Assembly (NCBI GenBank): GCA_001642005.1
Contig: LWCA01000161.1
Span: forward strand, 1 to 45,372
Direction of reading: 5' to 3'
Length of the DNA: 45,372 nucleotides
Source of the DNA: Intoshia linei
Taxonomy: Eukaryota > Animalia > Orthonectida
Shown here in pieces: positions 13,501 to 23,900 of this stretch. How positions within the stretch are numbered: the first letter of the stretch is position 1; the number at the start of each line of letters is the position of its first letter. The position numbers and the translations under genes are program-made. Below the pieces are notes generated by a model. It searched no databases. It was not told where the DNA came from and was given only the letters and a program-made list of their open reading frames with translations.

Positions 13501-16500
13501 CACTACATATTCATGACCAACCTTTAATTTTGGCCGAAGTAGAGCTTTTGCCATTTCAGTTACGTTGAGTCCCAGCAAATAACAAATTTTTTGAGCCACT
13601 GTATCATCAGGCAATGTAGCTGCTTCAGAATTTCTATCACTTTCAATTTTTACATTTCCAAATAATAAAATTGCTGAAACGACCCGATGAATACAGTCAA
13701 TTTCGTCCTGGCTAAATTGCATAATTCGCATTGCTTCAATGGTATGTTTATATAGTTCCATGTCCTCAGAAATTGTACAGGCCGTAGGAATGTTTAAACC
13801 ATTAGATTCATTTGTGAGAAATTTATAGTCTTTTATATCTTGTAGCAAATACTTGTCTCGGTCAATTTTAGGACAACCCGACAACAAATAGTAAAATATG
13901 TGGAAACTTCTTTCTCCGCGTTCTTGGCGAACAGTTCGACTTTTTTCCAACAAGTAGGTTTCAATGTTAGCTCCGCAAATAAAACCGGAAGCATCAAATC
14001 GTATTCGAATAAATTTACCAAATCGGGACGAATTATTGTTACGTAAGGTTCTTGCATTGCCAAAAGATTCTAATACTGGATTGGCTTTCAATAATTGGTT
14101 CTCCATATAGTAATCCTTGGAATTTTCGGTTAATTTGATACTAGAAGATAATAATACATCATTATTATCGGAAATTAGTTTTGATCCAGCCGTAGAGGTT
14201 AAATATTGTATCACTTTTTTAGTGTTTTCAGTTTTTCCAGAACCCGATTCACCTCTAAAAAATTGTTACAAAAAAATAAAATAGGAACATACGTGCAAAG
14301 AATAGATTGATTTTCATTATCTAAAATAAACATTTAAAATATAAGTTCTAAAACACACATGGGCAAAGTACAACCTCCAAATAATAAAAAATAATTTAAT
14401 GCATGATATCCAATACAATCCAATACAGACGGGCAGAGCTGAATCTACCGTGCACCAGATGACTGGAAATCAAAAATGATGCATAATGTCACATAGCCCC
14501 AGCCGGTTCCACCGATCTGGATTAAAAATTTAAATGTGACACACAAAATAGTTATGTTGTTCAAAAAAAGACAACAAGAAAAGGTTTTCAAATGAATAAT
14601 TTAAAAAAACGAAACCCAAAACGGCGGTACGAAAGGTTGGGTTCTGCATGTGGGTGGAAGATTTACATAACCTTCATCTAGCATGTCAAGGTCTATTATT
14701 TTTAATAAATGAGTTGATATTTAAAAATAGCATATATCGACAAAACGCCCATTCGATCTGGTGCGGAATAAATGCAAATTAAAAAAATAAATGATTAATT
14801 AAATAAATAAAATGTGTAATTAAATTTTGACCGTGAAACTATTATCAAAATTTAAATTTCTGTCAACAGTGTCTAGTAATTTTCATAATCAAAATTAACA
14901 AAATTTTCACGAGTCACAAGGTTGTTATGTACAAATATTATTTTCATCTCACCCATTGGCTTGATCTATTAAATTGGGAAAATTTTTGATAATTAAGATA
15001 GAAAGAATAAAAAATACTATCTGAGGGTGGTTGTTACTAGTGTGTTCAACTCCGTACGGTACTAAGTACTTTTTAAATTTTAAAAACTCAAAATAAAGTA
15101 TAAAAATAGAAAATATATATAGAAATATAAATAAGAAGTTTTTTGTCGTAAGATTTGGTAAAATCGTGTTTTTCAAAAAAATATTGGAAAAATGAGATTT
15201 TTCCCTTTATGGTGGGTAAAATTGAATTTTTACTTTAAGGGTTAGTAACATTGCATTTTTTATTTTGGGGTTGGATTAAGTGGATTTTTCAAAAAAATAT
15301 CAGTAAAAATCAATTTTACACTAAAGGTTTCAAATGGTATTTTTTATAAAATATTATTAATTTTTGTGAATTTAATTTAATTTTAAAAGTGGTATTTTTG
15401 AAATAATAGTGTAGCGGTCGTCTAGGCTTTGGGATAAAATCCCAACATCTGGCAATTATGCAAAATTTAAGTAAAATATTTAAATAAAATTTATTAAAAA
15501 ATAATTTTGAAAAACTAATAAAAGTACTGATAAAGAAACTCAGTATTCATTACAAAAAAGTTGAACACATCTGTTGTTAAATTAACATGTATGTTAATGT
15601 ACATTACTGTAGGTTAATCATACTTTTTTGTGGGGCACGATAATTGAAAATAGTGACCAGAAATGTATTATATTACAAATTAATATAAACATACAAATAT
15701 AGAATCAAGTTGATAATAAAATAAAACTGAGATCGGACTATAACCTATGTCACGCAGAGATTTGTTAAAAAATTCTAACAATCAGAATCATGCTGTTTGC
15801 ATTGAATTTGCTAAACAAAATAGCTAAATAATGACTATCACAATTAAAAAAATAATGGTTAACCTGAAAAAATCTAAACATTAACATCTATAAACTGCCC
15901 AAAATATGGATCCCGAGCTGTCCTAATTAAGAGTTCAATTGTTCATCTATTATTAATGTAAAACATTGATTTTTAAACTGACCGGCTTAAAAAATATCAG
16001 TTGGGAGTATATTTTAAAATGATCTCTTTCTTCCAATTCTTTTTTCCCCGTCAATATTCGCGTTACACTTAACACACCATCGAATTAGTTATCAAAATGA
16101 ATAAATAATAGTGTACATGATATAAAGAAAGAAATTACCTGATATCATTGAACGATATGCCACATCTGTTAGAGCAAAAATATGAGGAGGAACTTCATGA
16201 CGTTTTTTACCCTTAAATAGTTTGATAATTTGATCATTGTAAATAGGTAAATTTTTGTATGGGTTAATGACAACACAAAAAAGTCCAGAATAAGTCTATT
16301 ATAAAACTTTTATAAAATATATAATTTAGTACGTAGATGAGAGAAGAATAATAGCGTTCCTTAAGATTGTATAATACAGCAGCCTCATTAAGGCAAGTTA
16401 ATTCAGCCATATCTTCGGCTTTTCTAAATTTTGGAGGGTTCATTTTTTGTACATCGTCTTTACTTATCCACTCAGAACGGCCAGTTTCTAAAACCTGAAT

Positions 16501-16668
16501 CTTAACTTCTTCACCTTTTTCTTCTTTAATAGAAGCTGAAACATATCCTTGTTGAGTGTCTGGAACCCAAACTAATCGTTTAGATGCCCAGCTAGTATGT
16601 GAGGAGTTATCAATCACACTCTCTCGTCTTACAGTCAAGTATTTCATTTCATTGGGCTCATATTCCAT
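7528..16668 (-). CDS. Non-muscle myosin II heavy chain (zipper/MYH9-10 class), 6 exons, 2035 aa
   Basis: Exons 16668-16333, 16295-16139, 14320-14293, 14254-9148, 8049-7844 and 7801-7528 sum to 6108 nt, in frame. Features include an SH3-like N-terminus, [14 protein letters not shown]-loop [56 protein letters not shown], a long coiled coil and a Ser/Thr-rich non-helical tailpiece typical of non-muscle myosin II. Confidence 0.95.
8330..9060. repeat. Dispersed composite repeat family copy in myosin intron 4
   Basis: The motifs GGTCAAAATCACAAATTAGCCTTT, TTAATACACACAAAAATTTTCAAT, TTGACATAAATACAAAATTTCAACC and ATAACAGTCAAACTA match 38100-38650 and 23880-23945. Confidence 0.75.
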
Positions 16669-17587
16669 AAATGACTTATTATTACTAATTTTTAAAATTT
16701 ATATTCGGTTGAGCGAAATCAAATGTGTAAAATTGATCATCTATAAAATAAAGTTTGTCGAAACAATGATGGTTCTATGCAATTGTTTATGTTGTTTATG
16801 TAACTTAGCGTAAGAATTTTATACTAATCTTAATTTGTATTGGAATTTGTGGATTTGACTATTTAACTTCTCATCCGTAAATGATCCACATTTTTAAATA
16901 TTTTTGTTTTTATGTCACGCTAAAATATATATTCACTCGTTCTACTTTACATACGGTGACACATTTCAATTGTGCAACAATTTTACATTAGTGCATGAAT
17001 ATATAGTATTTTGGGATAATTATACCAAATCGTACTACATGTATCAGTATTATAATTATAAACCTGTGCCATGGACTATGATATGTTGTTTAAAAAATTG
17101 TTTTAGTTTTTTATTGACATGTAAATTTTGTTGTAAGTAAAAGGTGCTAAAAATGTAAATGTCTTTGTAATACAAAGTTTGTATGTATCATATATGGAGA
17201 AAATTTACCTACAGTCCATAAATTTCAAAAAGAAAAATTCCAAGTCAATTTTGGCACTAAAAAATTGGCACGTTCATGGTCAAAACCCAAATTTCCTTTT
17301 TTTAAAATAAAGAGTAAAAATTTTTAAAAACACAAATTTTGGACAGTTTTTAAATCATGATCATTAGGAAGTCACATATATTTAAGGATGATGTGCGTTT
17401 AGTGTACACTTGGTGTATTCATAAAAAAATTAATCTAAATTTATAGACATCACATGTAACTACTCGAACAGGGCACACCCTTTTAATTGTCTGCTATGAA
17501 ATTGATATAGAAAAATAATAAAATTAAATAAAATTTATTTAACGGAATATTGTTTTATTGTCGTTTTAAACGAGTCTTTTATATGAA

Positions 17588-17834
17588 TTTAGTTCACCAC
17601 ATTCAGGTGTACATTTTGTTTTTTAAAATATATTTCTAGACTCAATATTTTGTGTTTTAAGGATCATTGAATTCCATTGAAAACCATAGTACATTATTTA
17701 TTAATATTTTGCCTTAACCTTCATAAAAAGTTTTTATTAAAAACCACAATAATAAAGATAAAAATCAATTTACAGTTTAAAAATCAATTGCTCAGAAAAT
17801 AAAATGTACACCCAAATATAGTAAACGAACCAAA
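17588..17834. mobile_element. Putative MITE with degenerate ~30-bp inverted ends
   Basis: TTTAGTTCACCACATTCAGGTGTACATTTT at the left matches the reverse complement of AAAATGTACACCCAAATATAGTAAACGAACCAAA at the right. Confidence 0.45.
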
Positions 17835-18471
17835 GTCGTTGTAGTCGTGGAAATGAAAATTTCATTGTGAAAGTAATATTACCAGGTAATACCAATTAAA
17901 TTTAATAAATTAAAGTTTAGTTGCATTTTTTCATTTCATTAATTTGAAAAACTATATTATAATTTGTGTTTTAAATAATTTTAGAACAGACATTGCATTT
18001 CATAAAATGAGTATTATTTACATTGCTTTGAACGGTAAATTGTCTACCCCGTAGTAAATCTTTGTTAATAATTTTAAATAAAAGTATCAATGATAATTGA
18101 TTAAATTATACATCATAATCTATTACATAACCATAATAATTTGGACACATTTGTCATTAGCAATGACTCATTACATATGTCGTGTAGATGAATGTATTAG
18201 TTATTGCGTCATAAACTATAAAAACTGACTAATGCATTTGTGATTCACGATTAACGACTATGGTTAATCAAAACATATTATCGCATTTTATAATTTTTTG
18301 TTAATTTTACGTAATGTATCAAATCATTTTCTTATTTTTGCTTTCAAGTAATTAATAGATTATAATTTATTAATAATTTTACAAGGCTTTCAAGCACAAA
18401 TTACATATAAAACATTGAATGTAATCTATAACGAAATTATTTACGTTTATTTTTAAAAATTTTATTTTTAG

Positions 18472-19270
18472 GGGTGTGCTGACCTGAAAAATTATGTTGA
18501 TGTGGTAAAATTTATCCTTATTTCTAGTATTTAAACTTAATTTTTGAATAGGGTGACTTTTTGATTAAAATTTTAAAATTATCAAATCACCCATGTTTAG
18601 AACCTAAATAGAGTAATTAATATAATATATTAAGAGTTATGTTTATGATATGTGTTTATTACATTTGCAAGACGACAATTTTTGTCTGAGTTTAAAAGAT
18701 TTTATTTCTAAATACATGCTTAAATGGGATGAATATGCAGCAATTTTGGATACATATATTGACTGTCAAGCTTTCATTAATGATTTCAGTCTGCTTAAAG
18801 AAGATATGATGGCTTTAATGATAGATTTTACTTGGCCAAAATTTGTTCTTTTTGAGAAAAAAGTCATGAAGGTTTATATTATTATATTGTGTTCATTTTT
18901 TTTAGATTATTTGTAGCGATACCCATTTGGAAATAATGCCGAAACTGAAATATTTTGTAAATTAATTTTTCATTATAGAAATTTTTAGGTTATATGGACA
19001 CTCTTGTTATTAATTTGTTTTCCCTTTAGTGTGCTTCTTGTAATATAATTATGGAATCATTTTACCTGCATTCCTATCATTTGGTAATATTACGTACAAT
19101 ATAATTTTACTTTGTTTCAGATGAATTGTGGAATTAATAGTGACAATGTTACCACAATTAATCAACTCATTGGTTAAACTTTGTCAATACTCAGTATAAT
19201 AATAAATAATTTAATTTAGTTTTAATTAGTAGATATAGAGTTTGAGGTTTTTTCGCGAATCAGAATATAA
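18472..19270 (+). CDS. Unidentified multi-exon gene, possible C-terminal C2HC zinc finger
   Basis: ORF 18650-18871 is flanked by short GT-AG introns. Downstream exon candidates are RYPFGNNAETEIF, CASCNIIMESFYLHSYHL|MNCGINSDN and DIEFEVFSRIRI*. Not all junction phases could be resolved. Confidence 0.4.
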
Positions 19271-19299
19271 AGTAAATACATGCTTTGTATTTCTATATT

Positions 19300-19922
19300 A
19301 TGAGCGGTCGGCCATTAATCGGAATCGAGAATCGTTAAAATTTAAAAAAAAACGAAGCCCATTTTTGACAAATTTGTGAATTTCGCTTTTTGGAGTAACC
19401 GAACAGCAAACCAGGAATAAATAAGGCCGAACGTTGAAACGTAATTGATCATTTTTAACGGCAAGATTAAAATGGATTCTTTATTGATATTAAAATAAAT
19501 ATCAACTGGAAACTCAAAATAATTAAACCAAACCCAACAACCATGGTAAACGTGATTTTCAGGACTTTTCACATTTTATATTCAAAAATATTTTGTCAAC
19601 CTTCAGCCAAAACCCCAAGCGACTTGAAAAGTTCAATTTTCTTAAATTAAATCAATTCCAAGAGCTATTTTAGTCCATGTAAATTATTTTCAAAAAAACT
19701 TATCAACTATTAATATATTTAATTATGTGATGTCTAATTAATTATAAATTAATAAAATAAAACTTAATATTCAAACGTTCATAATTTTCAAAGTAATTAA
19801 CCATATTTACTCAAACGTAAATTTTTGTGGTCGTATAGAAATCAACTTGAAGTTATACACACAAAAAAGTATATATTTAGAAAAATTAATTTGTAGGTTT
19901 TGCCGATGTCTGGACCACTGTG
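19300..19922 (-). mobile_element. Transib-like element end (CACAGTGG terminus)
   Basis: The minus strand from 19922 reads CACAGTGGTCCAGACATCGGCAAAACC. CACAGTG termini are characteristic of Transib. The partner end was not found and the left boundary is approximate. Confidence 0.45.
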
Positions 19923-20504
19923 CAGTTATTTAAATTTTGTTTTTTTAAATTGGACATCAATATAAATTTTAGCAGCATTAATTCACTTGAATTTTTTTTA
20001 ATGATCTCCAATTGTAGATAAAATATATTTGTTTACTTACTTATAGAACAGCGCTATTAATTATAGAATGTGCGACCCGTAGACAATTTAGTAAATTATA
20101 GTCGAACTAATTTATAGTAGTATTAAATGATTATTAATTAATTATTAGCGCAATTATTTCACTCAGCAACAATTTAAAAATTGATATTTTATTGCTGTAT
20201 TTATTAATAAAACGAGAAACTACTGTATTTGTAAAATAAAATGAGGAAAACAGTTTATTATATTAATTTCTAATTTACTTTCTAACACCTATTTACAAGT
20301 TAGTATGGAATAGCTCGGTTATATAGCATATCAGACTCGATTTGATAAAAACAGTCATTCATATTTTCGGTTTATTCTAAATTTTGATTTTTATATATAT
20401 GTAAAAAATAATAACAATCTTAAATAATTACTTATTTACTGTTCAATACTGACATGGACAACCTTTCTACCAATAAAGCCGCAAAGTTACTTTATTCATT
20501 GATA

Positions 20505-20706
20505 CTACGGCCGCACAAAATTTACTTTGACACTGAGAAAGTTTAAATCCATTTTGAGAAAGTGGCCAAAGTCAAAAATGTAACTTTTTGATATAAATAT
20601 TGAATAAAATCTGATTTAAACTTTTCAATTTAAATTAAAATGATGTACATTATGTATTGCATTATGATCACATGGATTAGCCACGGCCGCAGGTTGTGCA
20701 CCCCTG
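20505..20706 (-). mobile_element. hAT-like non-autonomous element fragment (same family as 481-590)
   Basis: Minus-strand terminus CAGGGGTGCACAACCTGCGGCCGTGG, with an internal block matching 540-590. Confidence 0.6.
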
Positions 20707-20929
20707 GTTTAATATAATAAAGAAATAATAGATGAAGACTACGTAAACCTCATGATACAATGTAGTTCTCCGTTTATAACTTCATATGTGTTTTTTTATA
20801 TACGTATTTTTATTCACTCAAAAAAAATGTATCACGTGAAGAATGTAGTTTTTGAACATTTCTTGTAGTAATCTTAGTACATGTGTATTTACATAGTTAA
20901 TATATAAAATTTTCTAAATAAAAATTAAA

Positions 20930-23900
20930 GGTACTTTGTAATAAGATGAATAATCATACTGGAATAAAAATGAAAATTATTAATAATATCACTTACTTGT
21001 CCAAGTCATTGTCCATGTTCTTAATATTTCGTTGAATTTCTTTTCTAACATTTTTATATGTTTTCACCGAATTTTTACTGTTAATAAAAAATGACTAAAA
21101 TATATTAAGTATAATACTTGATAGGTGTCTGCTCCACAAAATTAAAATAATTGGCAGTACCAACATTTTTATACTTTTTGGTTAGTTTCATATAATTTTC
21201 AATAAGAGGACTGTTTGAATTGACATCAAATAAAGATGTATTTGTTTCATATTGAGGTAGAATATTATTTGAAATCTATATTACATATAGTTAAATATTA
21301 ATCCAGTCGTTCTAGAAGGGGAAGACATTCTGTCTCCAATTATTTATATTTGAAATTTACCAAAATTAGTAAACATAAAAAATAAGCGATATGATAATTT
21401 CGTGTTTGGTCGTTTTGATCATTCGCTGAAATAATAAAAACCAGTCATGTTTTGAAAATATAATAAACCTGACTATTATGAACTATTATGATGAAAAATT
21501 CTTGACTGGCGCCCTGAAACCTGAAATTTGTTTTGTGAAAACCTTAGATTTACTTTATATACAGTATTGGAAAAATTATTATAAATTCTCATAAAATATT
21601 AATTATTAGTATTTAAAATAATAAAAATCACAAATCAATTAAAATATAATAACAAAAATAACATTAGTATTTTGTAATTCCACCTTTTCCGCCAATAAAA
21701 TCAAGAATTCGTCTTGGCATTCCAATTATTAAGTTTTTGCATAATAATTGAATTTTGTCCGAATTATTCCAAACCCATATTGTCCGGTCAATTAATTCTT
21801 GTTTTGACGAAATATGAACTTGATGTACTTCATCCTTTAATACCTTCCAAACGTTTTCAATAGGATTCATATCTGCAAAATTACTGGACCAGTGTAATAC
21901 TTTCCATTGGTTGGAATCAAAAAAAGATTTAACCGACCGTGCAGTGTGACAGGGAGCAAAATCTTGTTGGAAAATATGAGTATTTTTATTGAACCAATTT
22001 GGACGATCGTTCAAAAAACTTTTGAGAGTGTCAATATATTTGTATTGATTCATTATACATTCAATAACAAAAATTGGACCGGGCTCGGATACAGAAATTG
22101 CTCCCTAAACCATTATTTTGGTAGGAAATTTTACCGTTCGTGCCATACAATCTACTCGGAATGCCTCTGTTGATTTTTTACGAACTTTTCTGTATCGATT
22201 ATCCATTGTAGTAAGCATTGATTCGTCAGAGCAAATTACCTTAAAAATTACAAAATTATTACATATATCTATTACAATAAAAAAATTATTATATACAGTA
22301 ATAATAAATATATACATTATTTTTATCATTTACCTTACTCCAGCTGTCTGTATTCCAATTTTTATGCGAATTTAACCTTGTCAATTGTATCTTTTTTATT
22401 AGTAAGGGTTTTTTTCGTCTTGCATATAATCTTAAACCGACATCTAGCAATCTGTTGTTTATCGTTTTTCTTGATAAATAAATTGATTCGCTTTGTAAAT
22501 TGCAGGATATTGCAGAACTAGTCATAGAACAATTTTTTAAGGACACTCGTACTATTTTTCGATCTGTTCTCTGGTGGGTTATCCTTTTACGCCGACATTT
22601 TTTTGTTCTATTAGACTCAAAATATGAATTTTGAGTTTTTTTTAATTCTGACACTGTCGACTCAGAAACACTACACATAGCTGCTATTTCCTTCTGTGTA
22701 TGCGGCGAGTGCTCAAGTAAAGAAATTATGTGAATTTTGGTTTCGGGCAATATATCTGCTTTTTTCCCCATAATAAAATTATTTTTTATAAAATGAACTA
22801 GAAAAAATGCGCATTAAGTATTATTACAATAATACGATGGAAATATTTTAATGCGCATGTACTCATACTTGCTGATTAGACAATTTGTTGAATATTCATT
22901 TCATACTTTTAACAGATGTATGTTAGTAATTTAATTATGTTCTATAACTTTTTAAACGTATATATATATAATATGCTGAAGGATTTAATGAAATGTATAA
23001 ATAATTTATAATAATTTTTCCTATACTGTAGATATGAAAAATTCTGAATACCATTTTATTTGTCGAATTAATGTTGCCATTTTGAATAGATGTTTCTTTG
23101 CCTTCTAAATGAGTGTAATTCCATTGATACCATGTTTGAATTGATGGGTTGAATCCTAATCAAATACACATTAGAAGTAATAGTCAATTAATCTACCATA
23201 AATAGAATTGTATACAAAATTTGCCAATTTTTGTTTGAAATCATCGTTAAACAAACGAAAAGAATCTGGGAAACATTTGTAAAATGCAGCATAAATTGTC
23301 GTTGATACAAATGATGCATAATCCTTGTCAATATTGTAAACATAAATATTCATATTCATATAATTACGTTCATGAAGCGTTTTCGAAATTTTGAATAATC
23401 CATACTTTCTTTTAAAAATTTGACGTAATTTATAGACATTCTGTCGAATAGAGACATTTCCGTATACTAAATTTTTCAATCAATTTTAAAAATTAAATTT
23501 CTAATATCACAACTTTCCGTAGTTTTATCTGAGGAGGGTCGCCAAAGTGGTCCATATGGTATTCCATCACTGGTGCATGAAAACACTAATCTATTTATGA
23601 TAATTTTTAGGATTTTACCGTTTTTACTTTATTTTTAAGATTATAATACACACATTCTGTCTAATAAATTAAAAAATGGGATGACAATTGTTTTTAAAAT
23701 AGTTTACGTTAAAATGTTAACAAAATAAAATTAAGATGGAATAATTCAATTTAAAGTAAAATGTAATGTGATATGACGGTTCCACCTCAAACAAGTTTTG
23801 GAACCCCCCTTTAAAGGATTGATAATAGTGAATACTAGGATTTTTAGTTAGATTTTCAACATTAATTTATTATTTTTGTAGAATAAAAATTTGACCTGCA

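Noticed and set aside
10214-14063. Short ORFs overlapping the myosin exon (10214, 10430, 11306, 13833)
   Set aside because: They are antisense or alternate-frame shadows of the coding sequence with no independent support.
4331-22107. TAG reassigned to Trp (two TAG codons at conserved W positions, 4331 and 22105)
   Set aside because: Both are in decaying sequences and TGG-to-TAG is a single transition. Intact myosin and CPT1 use TGG for Trp and have no in-frame TAG.
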